Part shown: one piece after another, positions 28,232-38,589 of the stretch
Numbering within the stretch: position 1 is the first letter of the stretch
How the letters are laid out: each line of letters begins with the position of its first letter
Origin: a virus
Taxonomy: Duplodnaviria > Caudoviricetes
DNA: 64,000 bases
Reading direction: 5' to 3' (one strand)
Virus record (IMG/VR): IMGVR_UViG_3300032233_002382
Coordinates: 243,778 to 307,777 of that record
Translations under genes and position numbers: made by a program
Notes under the pieces: generated by a model
Seen by the model: only the letters and a program-made list of their open reading frames with translations
The model's database searches: none
What the model was told of the DNA's origin: nothing

Positions 28232-30004
28232 TTACCCCTCTTCCTCTTTACCGAACCGATCACCCTTCTTATCGGTGCGCTTTAACCCGGCGTTGGCAAA
28301 TATCTTATCCAACACATCTGTCTTCTCGGCTGCTTCATCGCCAGCCTTAGTGAGTACACCCTTAAGAAATTCGTTGAAAGTCGAATCATTCGGGGTAAAC
28401 ATATCACGTTTGAGCTGATCCAAGGTATCATCCGGATCTATATTAAGAAGTTCAAGGATAAAGGAAATCGGTAAAGAGCCCTTTTGATATATATTGAACA
28501 TGTAGTCTTGGAGCTCTGAATTATCCCGTAAGGCAAGTCGCGTGAACTGCAACTTTGGATACAATAATCGCCGGTTACCGTATTCGTCCTCTTCCCAGAA
28601 CCCCTTCTTCTCGGCCACTGGCTTAAATATATACTCTTCGACCAGTTCAGCGATTTGTTCGCGATACAGCAGGTACATAGTGTTCATAACGTCTAAATGA
28701 ATACGCTCACCGCCGTACGAATTTTCGCCAGTCAGCATACCCTCAGTAATACGAAGACCAATGAACAGCATTTTATTGGTAGCTTCATACTCGCCGCTCA
28801 AGTCCAGCAAACGATCTCTAGAACCGATCTCATCCCAGTGCACTTCAAAGTTCGTTACGATGGTGAAATCGGGGTCAATGATCGCTTGGTCGACCTGATC
28901 TCTAAGCGATTCTACGTCTACCTCTGACATCTTGTCGGCCCATACAACGCGCTTCGGGGTCATTGCACGAGATGCAATGGAGGTCTGAGCCTGACGGAGC
29001 TTATCCTGGTAAACCAAAGTCCGGAGGCAACGTTCGAGAAGAGAAATTCCGCGTTCGTCGTATGCGCTCTTCTTATGACTTAGGTGATAGCAAAAAGAGC
29101 TACACAAGAAATCATCATATGGACTGGTATTCAAAGGTATAGGCTGACCACTCAGTAAGTTCTCACGGATCTGCTCTGGAATGTCATTTGCGATCTTAGC
29201 CGACTCCGGGTCATTCTGCTCAGACGCTTTTAAAACTAATAGACGATCCTTTTCAGATGGAATCAGCTCCATCTTACCTTTGTTCGTGTATTGGAAGATT
29301 TCTAGCTTAACTTGCTCAGGCGGCAGAATCTGTATTCTCTGCCAACCCTGATACTTCTCCGCCACGAATTTACGAATATTAGAGACGCGGTCTGAATCAG
29401 GCTTCGGAGTAAGTTTGGTCACCTGACGTCTAGATGTATTACCAGCCCAGTCGACTTCACCCACTTCTTCGTGCTCGACATGATTAAGCAATTCAGGAGG
29501 AATAGAATCCGACAAATCATGATCTTCTACGAAGAGGAACACATTTCCATGTAGCCAATACTCATGCGTGGCATCATATAAGGACTGAAACAGCCGAACG
29601 CGAGAACACATTTCCTCGAAGAAATGAAGGATCTGCTTATTCCGACGTAAATCTTTACCTTTAGGTAAAGCCAGTCGGATCTTACTCATAGGTACATCAG
29701 TGTGAAAATCGATCGCGGCGCCTATGATAGGATGAGTGTTATACCAAAACCTATATAATTCCCGCTTTTCGCGCTCAGACTGAGGTAATTCGAGGAAGTC
29801 AGTAGATAACTGAGGACTATAGAAAGCGGAGTCACCAGATTTTATGGCTCCACCTTGACCATTTCCGAAGTTAGACCCATATGAAGCCACTCGTATGCTC
29901 TGCTTTTGCTCAGCACGAGCAATTTTCTCCAGCTTTGTGAGCTTTTGCTTAGTGGGCTTCTGCTCATCAACTTTATTTACAGGAAGCGATTTTTCGTCCG
30001 ACAT
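28232..30004 (-). CDS. portal protein
   Basis: 590 aa, mostly helical; YRFWYNTHPIIGAAIDFH pattern; located between terminase and head genes. Confidence 0.7.
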   Translation of the reverse strand: MSDEKSLPVNKVDEQKPTKQKLTKLEKIARAEQKQSIRVASYGSNFGNGQGGAIKSGDSAFYSPQLSTDFLELPQSEREKRELYRFWYNTHPIIGAAIDFHTDVPMSKIRLALPKGKDLRRNKQILHFFEEMCSRVRLFQSLYDATHEYWLHGNVFLFVEDHDLSDSIPPELLNHVEHEEVGEVDWAGNTSRRQVTKLTPKPDSDRVSNIRKFVAEKYQGWQRIQILPPEQVKLEIFQYTNKGKMELIPSEKDRLLVLKASEQNDPESAKIANDIPEQIRENLLSGQPIPLNTSPYDDFLCSSFCYHLSHKKSAYDERGISLLERCLRTLVYQDKLRQAQTSIASRAMTPKRVVWADKMSEVDVESLRDQVDQAIIDPDFTIVTNFEVHWDEIGSRDRLLDLSGEYEATNKMLFIGLRITEGMLTGENSYGGERIHLDVMNTMYLLYREQIAELVEEYIFKPVAEKKGFWEEDEYGNRRLLYPKLQFTRLALRDNSELQDYMFNIYQKGSLPISFILELLNIDPDDTLDQLKRDMFTPNDSTFNEFLKGVLTKAGDEAAEKTDVLDKIFANAGLKRTDKKGDRFGKEEEG

Positions 30005-30005
30005 T

Positions 30006-30314
30006 TTACGCCTCAGATGTATCGTCGATATATCGGTTTACTCTGGCCTTTAAAAATCTATCTTTATTTATAGTCTTAAGAATACCCAAGACATCGCCCA
30101 GCATGTGTCGGTAGTTCCTTAAACTTAAATTCTGGACCGTAAGCTGGTCCGCAGCAGATCGGCTCCTCATATACTTCGATTCGATCCGTTCAATGTCTTT
30201 GTAGGTTTCGGAAAGAACGGAAGTCACCCTCAAGATCTTTTCTTGGTGCGACAAAAGAGTCTTTAAATCGGCTTCTAACTCAAGATCCGAATCAGATTTA
30301 GCCATCATCCTCAC
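30006..30314 (-). CDS. hypothetical protein
   Basis: 102-aa ORF in the operon. Confidence 0.5.
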   Translation of the reverse strand: MRMMAKSDSDLELEADLKTLLSHQEKILRVTSVLSETYKDIERIESKYMRSRSAADQLTVQNLSLRNYRHMLGDVLGILKTINKDRFLKARVNRYIDDTSEA

Positions 30315-30562
30315 CTTTTGAGACCATACTCCTCAGGATGTTTCTTTATTTCTACCCAAGATTCTAATATGCCTTTTAGAATTTCGAAACAACGCATATC
30401 ACCTATAATCAAGGCCTGCCAGCTGCCACCAGATTTTAGGAACGCATGGTAGATATATACAAAATCATTGTCAGTCATGTCATCTTTCGCATCAAAAACA
30501 TGGTCTAAGATTTGAGAAACGATCTTATGACTTATCATTTGTTCGGTAACTTTGTCACTCAT
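30311..30562 (-). CDS. hypothetical protein
   Basis: 83-aa ORF overlapping the next gene by 4 nt. Confidence 0.5.
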   Translation of the reverse strand: MSDKVTEQMISHKIVSQILDHVFDAKDDMTDNDFVYIYHAFLKSGGSWQALIIGDMRCFEILKGILESWVEIKKHPEEYGLKR

Positions 30563-30585
30563 ACTATGGTCGATTCATAGACATT

Positions 30586-32520
30586 TCAGCGATTAGGATT
30601 CCTGGGAGGAATCCTTAAGGTCGCCGATCCGTGCAATCTACTACGCATTCGATGATACTGACCATAAGATGGCATACGAGGCTGCGATGACGGTATAGAG
30701 GTAATTGTGTTTTTTCGATCAAGAATACCAGGATTTGCTACTATATACTCTGAAGCCACGAGTATACTACGAGCAAGCGCATCAGACATATCGTCGTGTT
30801 TGCCTGGTGCATTTGGGGCTTCTACCGTAATAATATTCTTACCCTGACTATATGCCTGCAGCTCGAGTAACTCCGTGATAAGCGGACTATGACGACCGGA
30901 CGTCATACCCTCCATAGCTTCAGGCACGGGATAATCATACAAATCTAACTGCCGGTTGTACATAAACATCTTGAAGGTCTGATACATTAGACTACTGTCG
31001 GAGGCAAAGAAATTACGGGTTTCGAATTGCGTAAGACCTTGTTTATGTAGCTCTTGCTCAAATACTATGCCAGACCATTGGTCGAATATACCCTTCACGA
31101 CGTAAAACCTAGAACACACCGCCTTAAACCATAAAGCAATTTCATTCATATCTAGTCTGGCAACGTCTTGCAACGTGCGAGCGTACTGGGTCAATGGTTC
31201 TTTCAGATGTGGATTCGATTCCTTCCAGGTCTTTTTGGCGTACCAGGTTTCATGATATACGAGTTCGATCTTGCCTTGGTTTATTCGTGATAAGGCGATG
31301 GAGGTACCATCGTTTACCAAACCGACGTCGATACCTGCAAAGTGCGGCTCTCTTGGAAGACCGCGATCGTTTGGGATACGCTTAGGAGTGATACACTCGA
31401 ACAGATCACGACTATCTTCAATCCAACCTCGAACGCGGTCTGAAAATTCAGCACCGTGTTCGGTCATGAAGGTGCGAGGATCTTTAAAGTATTCTTTCTC
31501 GTAATAACTACGGTCCAGTGTGGGGTTGACTTCCCATGTAGGAGCCTGTATAACTAACATATCTTCGGAACCTTTATCCTTAGACATGCCCAACTGATAT
31601 TGACGGTAGAAAAACCCTTCTTTGGCATCCGGCGATGAAATTAAAATCATGCGGCCCTCTGTAGGACCAACCGCTTCGTGTTTATTTTTAGGATCTTTCG
31701 GGGAGAACTGAGCTAGAGAAGGCATGATCGCTTTATATACACGCTCAGCTGAGCTCTTGCCGTCATCTATAAAGAATGCGATCTCATCAAGTATCGCGCA
31801 AATCACACCACGACCACGAAGGCCTTTGGCAACTGAACTCTTAAACGTAGCGTTTACTGTAGCTTTTCCAACATCACCGAATCGTTTCTTGTCATTTTCA
31901 GTACGAAATTTCATGAATGTCTGGGTCGTATTCGCTAGTGCATTTTTAAAATAATCCACAGCCTCGACGTGTGCCTGCATGTCGCCGTAGACGATAGAAG
32001 CTTGCTCTTTGTCGTTTGCCACAGCCAGTACACGAATTTCAGATCCGGGCGGCATACCATAGTAAGATTGAGGGTGTCCACGCCTCAGGAGCTTATAAAG
32101 CTCATATGCGGCGAATATAGCTGACAGGGCGCTCTTGCCACTGCGTCGTCCAAGAACTAATATGAGCTCACGACGCTCTTTACCATCCTGCCGTTCAACG
32201 TTGCAGCGACCTTGGTCATATAGATACTTTAGATATTCGACTTCAGTGAATGTATATAGAATTTTTTCGCCGAGCTTATCCTTGATCACGATGGTCTTAT
32301 CAACATCGTTCAAAGGAATATTGTAATACATCTTAACGATGAAACGTTGTACCGGATACAAACCGAATGGTAATAACTTGAATCGTTCGATGAAATCTAA
32401 AACGGACAGGAAGTCTACAAAGCCATCGTCCGAACCAGGTTTAGAGGCCTTTTTACTATCAAGGAAACTCGAAACTTCACCGGTTAATGCGCTCTTAAAA
32501 GGAGCTTCCTTAATTGGCAT
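30586..32520 (-). CDS. terL: terminase large subunit
   Basis: Q motif (LYPVQ), Walker A LGRRSGKS, Walker B ILDEIAF, coupling ISSP, nuclease GIDVG...D and HDDMSDA. Confidence 0.9.
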   Translation of the reverse strand: MPIKEAPFKSALTGEVSSFLDSKKASKPGSDDGFVDFLSVLDFIERFKLLPFGLYPVQRFIVKMYYNIPLNDVDKTIVIKDKLGEKILYTFTEVEYLKYLYDQGRCNVERQDGKERRELILVLGRRSGKSALSAIFAAYELYKLLRRGHPQSYYGMPPGSEIRVLAVANDKEQASIVYGDMQAHVEAVDYFKNALANTTQTFMKFRTENDKKRFGDVGKATVNATFKSSVAKGLRGRGVICAILDEIAFFIDDGKSSAERVYKAIMPSLAQFSPKDPKNKHEAVGPTEGRMILISSPDAKEGFFYRQYQLGMSKDKGSEDMLVIQAPTWEVNPTLDRSYYEKEYFKDPRTFMTEHGAEFSDRVRGWIEDSRDLFECITPKRIPNDRGLPREPHFAGIDVGLVNDGTSIALSRINQGKIELVYHETWYAKKTWKESNPHLKEPLTQYARTLQDVARLDMNEIALWFKAVCSRFYVVKGIFDQWSGIVFEQELHKQGLTQFETRNFFASDSSLMYQTFKMFMYNRQLDLYDYPVPEAMEGMTSGRHSPLITELLELQAYSQGKNIITVEAPNAPGKHDDMSDALARSILVASEYIVANPGILDRKNTITSIPSSQPRMPSYGQYHRMRSRLHGSATLRIPPRNPNR

Positions 32521-32521
32521 T

Positions 32522-33109
32522 TTAACCTACCGTTTCATTTAACTTCTGTTCCCAATCCTTCATATCCGCTTCAATCTGCTTGAAGACTAAGTCGATCAAG
32601 TCGTCAGAAATACCACATTTCTGCATAGAATCATAGACGAACTCCATCCATAGACGAAGTACCGCCTTAAACTTCGGACTTTTAACATCTACCCCATCAG
32701 ATTTAACGCTATCAAGCTTCTTCAGCAAAACATCGGAAAGCTGACGAAGCGATTGAATGCGAGATATAGTGTAATTAGCTGTGTTCTTGCCTTCTTTTGC
32801 GGCTTTGCGACGCTCGAATTTAAGGTGACCAAGTTCTTCTATTATCTCATTTATTACGGTATCTACAATTTCCGCAACCGGGGCGCGTACCAATGCCGCC
32901 TGAGTTAGAGCCTGAGACTCAACATATACTTCGCGTTCTCTATATTCACGATTAATGCTCTGGGGGTCTATAACTTCGGGCGTGGGAACCATCCCGCTCT
33001 GGTCTACAACATAGTCCATACCCATTTCACTAACGGGTATCTTTTCGCCGTTAGGAAAAGATATGAGTTTTCCCGATGAATCACTAGGTTTATCTTTATG
33101 ATCATCCAT
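32522..33109 (-). CDS. possible terminase small subunit
   Basis: Helical 195-aa ORF directly upstream of terL; positional inference only. Confidence 0.3.
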   Translation of the reverse strand: MDDHKDKPSDSSGKLISFPNGEKIPVSEMGMDYVVDQSGMVPTPEVIDPQSINREYREREVYVESQALTQAALVRAPVAEIVDTVINEIIEELGHLKFERRKAAKEGKNTANYTISRIQSLRQLSDVLLKKLDSVKSDGVDVKSPKFKAVLRLWMEFVYDSMQKCGISDDLIDLVFKQIEADMKDWEQKLNETVG

Positions 33110-33120
33110 AAAGCACTGTA

Positions 33121-35034
33121 CTAGTCGCCAATGCTAGCAGGCGACACCTCGATCTCTAGCAAGCCCTTGTTGTTAGAACTCGGGCTAATATCCAGATCTG
33201 CTCTAAGATCGAAATCCGATACAGGATTCCTCACCGGAGCAGAAGCAACAACCGGCAAAGAACTCAACTGTTTTGAATAAGAAGCAACCACGGATTCTGG
33301 TACCGACCTGATCAAAGTTTTCGAATACTTTGAACACCAGCCGGGAGAAGTCTGAAGCGTGCAACCAGTGCAATTCGTGGAGGCTAACACATTCAAGGCG
33401 CCTTTTTTGCGGAATAGTCCAGCACCCTCGGCACAGCCCTTACCGTAATCAGAATACACAGTAGGATCTAAGAAATAGTGGCCCTGGATCCCCACATTCG
33501 AAGCATGCCGAGCACTGACGTGTGAAAACGGCTTTAGATCTTCCTTAGAATACTTAGACAGTATAGAAGAAGCTAGTTTTGTTCCAGAATAGCCTAAATT
33601 CAGCAAACGACCTATATGGTTCTCAAGTTCGAGCTCGTCTATTTCTCTTGGGGCTACTAACTCATTCGTCGAACCATAAAACCCCTTAGGATGAGAATTT
33701 GATACGATTACCTTATTGGGGTTCGGTCGATAAGTGTTAATGGCTTTGACTATCGGCCGAATGTCTTGAACGGAAGCCATTTTCTGGAGAAGAACATCTG
33801 CTTCCTTACGATCTAATCGTGATTCACGCACTGCGCTTTTTAAAGCAGAAGCAAGGGTTTCTTTGTTATAGGGAACCTCGTTCGTGACGAATTTAGAAAC
33901 CGAACAAAGCTTATCGCAAGCGCCGCCGGAAATGCCATGACAGTGACCACAAGTGGCATGACGACGCAAAACGTAAGAAGGAACACGCTTAGTAGATATG
34001 ACGAAGTTAAGCGCGTCTTTACAACTTTCAAAGGCATCCAAGTCCAAATAGGTCTTGCCTAAAAGACCGTAATCTAAAGCCAAACGTTTTAAGGATTCAT
34101 CACCAGACGCAAGCAAGAACTCCCTATCGTCGTGACCTTCCATCATGCGTCGAGCATATTTGAAATAAACTGAAGACGGTCCAGAGTACTTCGGCTCGCG
34201 GGGCGCAGATAAATACGCGTCAACTGTAGACTGGTCATACACGGGCTTATATTTCGGTTGCTGAGTAGAAACTGTCTTTACACCATCATTCGAATGATGC
34301 GATTCAGAGGCGGCTATGCCGCTACGAATCGCCTCTTTCCAAGCCGATTGATCGTCGGTAGGAACGTTTAACTTCACCAACCCTAAGTCGTTAGCTAAAC
34401 GCTTCCCATAAGGAACAGATGACACTATCGTCTTTTTAAAAGCAGAACACTGTCCAGATCGATTGCAGACACACCCAGAGCATTCATTTTTTGCAATAAC
34501 GAACTTGGCTGTTCGAGCGGTGTTTGCAACAATTTTCCGATCTCTCGAGTTATCTTGCGAGCATTTTGGGAAATTCGAAGCATTAATATAGAGATTACCT
34601 AAAAGATGGCGCTCACCCAAAACGCTCTTAATAGCTTTAGCGGCCAGTTTTATGTCAGCGGGAGAGTACTCTGCATATAAGCGCTGTGCGACCGTCTTAT
34701 CGTCGTAGCCCTTCATAACCATAGTAGCGACGCGGTTGCGAATTGGGTCTATCATGTCTACTTCAGACGGAAGCATTTTATCTGAAGGATTGACGTTAAC
34801 CATCACATGAGGCTTAAGCGGAACTAAGGAAGGCGTCGAGTCTTTAGGATCGAAAGCCAAGGCCTTCTGTAGTTCAGGAATAATATCTAAGTTTTGCTTT
34901 GGGAGTGTTTCCAAAGCTCGATATTCCTCTTCATTTACTGATAACCAAGAAAGATCAGAAACCCCCTGGTTATGCATAACGTGATCAAGCTCGCCTACAC
35001 CCGGCATACCAAATTCGAAATCTTTTTTCGCCAT
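33121..35034 (-). CDS. protein with three internal Cys-rich repeats
   Basis: Three copies of (L/I)(L/Q)G..(Y/F)(I/L)(N/D)...C...CxxC...C...VP(Y/E). Confidence 0.65.
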   Translation of the reverse strand: MAKKDFEFGMPGVGELDHVMHNQGVSDLSWLSVNEEEYRALETLPKQNLDIIPELQKALAFDPKDSTPSLVPLKPHVMVNVNPSDKMLPSEVDMIDPIRNRVATMVMKGYDDKTVAQRLYAEYSPADIKLAAKAIKSVLGERHLLGNLYINASNFPKCSQDNSRDRKIVANTARTAKFVIAKNECSGCVCNRSGQCSAFKKTIVSSVPYGKRLANDLGLVKLNVPTDDQSAWKEAIRSGIAASESHHSNDGVKTVSTQQPKYKPVYDQSTVDAYLSAPREPKYSGPSSVYFKYARRMMEGHDDREFLLASGDESLKRLALDYGLLGKTYLDLDAFESCKDALNFVISTKRVPSYVLRRHATCGHCHGISGGACDKLCSVSKFVTNEVPYNKETLASALKSAVRESRLDRKEADVLLQKMASVQDIRPIVKAINTYRPNPNKVIVSNSHPKGFYGSTNELVAPREIDELELENHIGRLLNLGYSGTKLASSILSKYSKEDLKPFSHVSARHASNVGIQGHYFLDPTVYSDYGKGCAEGAGLFRKKGALNVLASTNCTGCTLQTSPGWCSKYSKTLIRSVPESVVASYSKQLSSLPVVASAPVRNPVSDFDLRADLDISPSSNNKGLLEIEVSPASIGD

Positions 35035-35035
35035 T

Positions 35036-36142
35036 TTAAACCTCGTACTTGGACAGTACTGCCAATACTTTGCTTAAAGCAGCAGCAGCATACCTGAACT
35101 CTTGCGAAGCTTCCGGGTCGTTTATGTTTTGTATTTCAAAGTCTATAAGCTTTGAGCGAATCGTAGACAATATCACCCTGTGCTCAGTCGAAGCCTTTCT
35201 TACCGGAAACTCATCAAGAACGTCCTTAATAAATATATCATACTCAAGCGCCACAGCTCTAATAATATCTGAAGCCAGGTAAACATGCTCACCTCGCTCT
35301 TGTAAAAACGCCATGACGTGACGCCGGGTTAAATCCTTCTTACCGAATTTCTTTATGAATTCAGATGTTAGATCACGAACCAACACGACGTTAGTAGCTA
35401 TTTTGTTCATCTGTTTAATCTCCGATGAGTGCAGCTGCTGATACCGTCCAATATCCCAGTATTCCATCGACGGGAACCCAGCGTCCACATTTTGATCTTG
35501 CACATTATAACCCGACCAATAATTTCCTAGTGCTCCAAGAGTATTATCGACCGTTGTCTTGTTCTCAGGGATACTAGGCAGAGAATCGGATTTGGAAGCT
35601 TCTTCTTCTGCAAACGTATCGCCCGAGTGGGGTGCGAACATATCATCCACAGAGGTACCTAAAACCATCGGGTCATAATAGTCAGATCTGGCCGGAGGAT
35701 TTTTTGAATCTGACGGAAGGTTGGTGTGGATATTCTTGGGGAAGTTCGTGTGAGTTACGAAATCATCTGAATGATCATCTGAATGATCATCTGTCATCGG
35801 ACGAGTGGGATTTAAAAACAAATTTGTAGGACCTCTTGGCCGTGTATCATAATCTCCCGGAAGAGTCGAATATGCTAACTCGGGGTCATGGCTGCCTTGT
35901 GATTTACTAGACGCTGTCGAAGTAGACTGAGGATAAGAAATCAGTAATTCAGGGTCTTCTTTCTGCCAGGTGCCACCACCATCAGGGAGAGAAACCTGTG
36001 ATTTTTTCTTATTACTGTCTTCCCCGTGCTCGCCACCCCACTGAGGATAGTCATAGGTGCCGATCCCGAATGGATCTACAGATTTATCGGAGGCGTCCTC
36101 AGTGGGTAGGGCAGATGGCATTAGTCTACATCCCACAACCAA
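35036..36142 (-). CDS. hypothetical protein, acidic/disordered N-terminus and helical C-terminus
   Basis: 368-aa ORF; the true start may be slightly downstream. Confidence 0.55.
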   Translation of the reverse strand: MVVGCRLMPSALPTEDASDKSVDPFGIGTYDYPQWGGEHGEDSNKKKSQVSLPDGGGTWQKEDPELLISYPQSTSTASSKSQGSHDPELAYSTLPGDYDTRPRGPTNLFLNPTRPMTDDHSDDHSDDFVTHTNFPKNIHTNLPSDSKNPPARSDYYDPMVLGTSVDDMFAPHSGDTFAEEEASKSDSLPSIPENKTTVDNTLGALGNYWSGYNVQDQNVDAGFPSMEYWDIGRYQQLHSSEIKQMNKIATNVVLVRDLTSEFIKKFGKKDLTRRHVMAFLQERGEHVYLASDIIRAVALEYDIFIKDVLDEFPVRKASTEHRVILSTIRSKLIDFEIQNINDPEASQEFRYAAAALSKVLAVLSKYEV

Positions 36143-37233
36143 GCCGTATTTGGCTTTGTCGCTTTTACTGGTTTCATGGGATTATCCGGCTCACTGTGCT
36201 TCATCATCATGTCTATCTCTTCAGATGATAAGCCTGGTGTATAAACCGGCATAAGTTTGTCGTTAGACGCCCCAGGAAGCCAGCTATAATAATCACTGGC
36301 AGTCTTCAGGCTGGTCGAATCACCTACCGTGGGCCTATCGTAACCACCAACACCATCTGAAGTTACGTCCTCGTAAAGGTAGTCTTCAGTGATGAACCCA
36401 TCTAAATTAGGATCGTCGCTAGGAAGCGCATCTGGACCATTGAAGAACCCATAGGGAGACTCACCCGGACCGACGTGAGTAATACGTGGACCAGGAAGGT
36501 TCTCGACTGGCACAGAAGAATTACCGCCAGCTAAACGATCGCTAGCCAGTCGAGCTCCTTGGGAAGATAGATACTTAGAGATAGCAGCGTCGTAGATGGA
36601 TTCGGAAGTTTGTCGTTTAGAAGCCTGCTGGGTGAATCCTCCAGCAGAGGCGGAGGATTCATTTCCGGAACCAGACCCCTCCGGCTGACCAAAATCAGCA
36701 GGAGTGGGGTTTAAGGTCTCCGGAGTTAATTCCATAAATTCTTGCTCATCCGGTTCAGCAGTTTGGTAAGCCTGCTCCACGAATCCTTCAGGGTTTGTCT
36801 TAACTGCCTGAGCATCTTGAACCAGAGTCTTTGTCTCGGGCGCTTCTTCTAGGTTCCAATGATCGGCACCGACCTCATCATATAAGGTGTCGGTGAATGA
36901 GGAGATGATCTCAGCAGCCTGACCGAGCGCACCTCGCATATCCTTAACGGTCTGGATGTAGCCCCGGCCCCCTAGTAGTCCATCAGGACTAAAAGAAGAA
37001 GAAGGCATTTTTGAAAGAAGTCGAAGCGCTGAAGAAGCATAGCTATGTGAGCGCTGAGCAGCCCATAAAATTTTCGCAAGGTTTTTAAGGCTATCTCGAG
37101 ACCATTTGAACCCCTCGACGCGTATATCACGTCGTACCGGACCTTGGTCACGGATGAACTCGATCTTACCGGCGGTTCTTATGGTGCCGGAAGTCGCGAT
37201 CCTATGAGCGATGTCTTTGTGGAAAAAGCTCAT
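36121..37233 (-). CDS. hypothetical acidic protein with N-terminal IAHRIA motif
   Basis: MSFFHKDIAHRIATSGTIRTAG. Confidence 0.6.
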   Translation of the reverse strand: MSFFHKDIAHRIATSGTIRTAGKIEFIRDQGPVRRDIRVEGFKWSRDSLKNLAKILWAAQRSHSYASSALRLLSKMPSSSFSPDGLLGGRGYIQTVKDMRGALGQAAEIISSFTDTLYDEVGADHWNLEEAPETKTLVQDAQAVKTNPEGFVEQAYQTAEPDEQEFMELTPETLNPTPADFGQPEGSGSGNESSASAGGFTQQASKRQTSESIYDAAISKYLSSQGARLASDRLAGGNSSVPVENLPGPRITHVGPGESPYGFFNGPDALPSDDPNLDGFITEDYLYEDVTSDGVGGYDRPTVGDSTSLKTASDYYSWLPGASNDKLMPVYTPGLSSEEIDMMMKHSEPDNPMKPVKATKPNTAWLWDVD

Positions 37234-37234
37234 A

Positions 37235-37492
37235 TTATCCTCGAATGGGCGAGTCGTCCGAGACCAATCGAACTATCACAGTATTACCTTCTTCATCCGT
37301 GGACAATTGCCAGAAATCCTGCTGCGAGATGCGAACAAGTTTATCTTCTGCTATACGCATGAAGCCTGACAAATCGGATAAACTAGCGACCCGAATACGT
37401 GTCGCGGTGCTAGCTACCCGGCTTTTTGAAGATATCTGAAAGCCGTCATCGATTGAAGAAGACGTAAATCTTAGATCTTCTATTTTTATCAT
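37235..37492 (-). CDS. small protein with RVAS motifs
   Basis: SRVASTATRIRVASL. Confidence 0.55.
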   Translation of the reverse strand: MIKIEDLRFTSSSIDDGFQISSKSRVASTATRIRVASLSDLSGFMRIAEDKLVRISQQDFWQLSTDEEGNTVIVRLVSDDSPIRG

Positions 37493-37526
37493 ATACTATC
37501 TCCCATCATAATGATCGATGAACGAT

Positions 37527-38426
37527 CTAAACAACTGTGAGGTTAACAACTACTACTTGAGGACCATTCGAAGAATTACGGGAATTAATAACTAAGGTCG
37601 TAGAATAATTCGCCGGTACCCAAGGTATGCCTAAACTGCCAACGGTGACAGTGACCTGCTGAGACTGACCGGATGATAATGGCCCGCCCGCTGATGGACT
37701 AAAGGTGCACCACGGAGCATTTTCTGCGGCTTTAGTGATAACATAATTTAACAAGGAACCGATAGGACCCACATTTGTGATCGTAAATGTCTGAGGAAGA
37801 GTAGCAGACTGGGTCGCTAAGGTATAAGTGAACGACAGATACTGAACGTTTAAAGAAGTCACAGGTCTCGGGAGGACATTTACAGAAAAACTTACCGAAA
37901 CGGGAGGAGCCGAAGAATTACTTTGAAGATTCAATAATGCGGAGTATGGGGATGAATCACTTAGAAGATCTTGATTAATAATTCGATAGCTAAGACCACC
38001 AGATTGATTTTTACCGATTCCCGAAACCACCGAAGGTACAGGCACTAACCAAGGAACGTTTGGGGTCGCAGTTACACAGAGCATACTACCGAAAGCGCCG
38101 GAGTTTACGAACGTGATAGGACCGCCTTGGAAATTCGCATCACCTTCACTAACGGTTACCGAAACCGACGAAGAGCTAGTTAAGCTTAATGCTGGGTCTA
38201 ACTGCGATTTGAATGATTGTAGGCTCTCATAAATAGCATCAACCACATCCCCTGGTATCGGGTAGTCTACATCGACCAAGCGACCGAAGGGCGAATTTAT
38301 TTCGGAGACATAAAAATACTGACCTACTGACCGTATATTATTAGCCGACACCTTCCAAGACCACTTTCCGGCCTCAGAAGATATCTGAAAATAATAACCG
38401 CCACCAGCTACATTTGGTGTTATCAT
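37527..38426 (-). CDS. Ig-like / BACON-type beta-domain protein
   Basis: Two ~95-aa repeats: ITFVN.G...L....T.NVPWL..P..G..Q / FTITN.G...LNY.....PW..SP..G..Q.VTVTV. Confidence 0.65.
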   Translation of the reverse strand: MITPNVAGGGYYFQISSEAGKWSWKVSANNIRSVGQYFYVSEINSPFGRLVDVDYPIPGDVVDAIYESLQSFKSQLDPALSLTSSSSVSVTVSEGDANFQGGPITFVNSGAFGSMLCVTATPNVPWLVPVPSVVSGIGKNQSGGLSYRIINQDLLSDSSPYSALLNLQSNSSAPPVSVSFSVNVLPRPVTSLNVQYLSFTYTLATQSATLPQTFTITNVGPIGSLLNYVITKAAENAPWCTFSPSAGGPLSSGQSQQVTVTVGSLGIPWVPANYSTTLVINSRNSSNGPQVVVVNLTVV

Positions 38427-38589
38427 ACTGTAGCTAGCAAAAAGAAGGCGATACAGCTAGAAACCTAAACGCGATATCAGACATTCTGTAAGCAGGTTCC
38501 AGAACAATAAACGGTTTTTTCGTCAATACTCAGAATCCAGGTTATTCTTACTTCGACCACAATAAGCGCAGTACCCCACCATAGCGCCT

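Noticed and set aside
35762-35793. 12-nt tandem repeat atcatctgaatg
   Set aside because: Only about 2.5 copies, encoding DDHS inside a disordered coding region; not a CRISPR or regulatory array.
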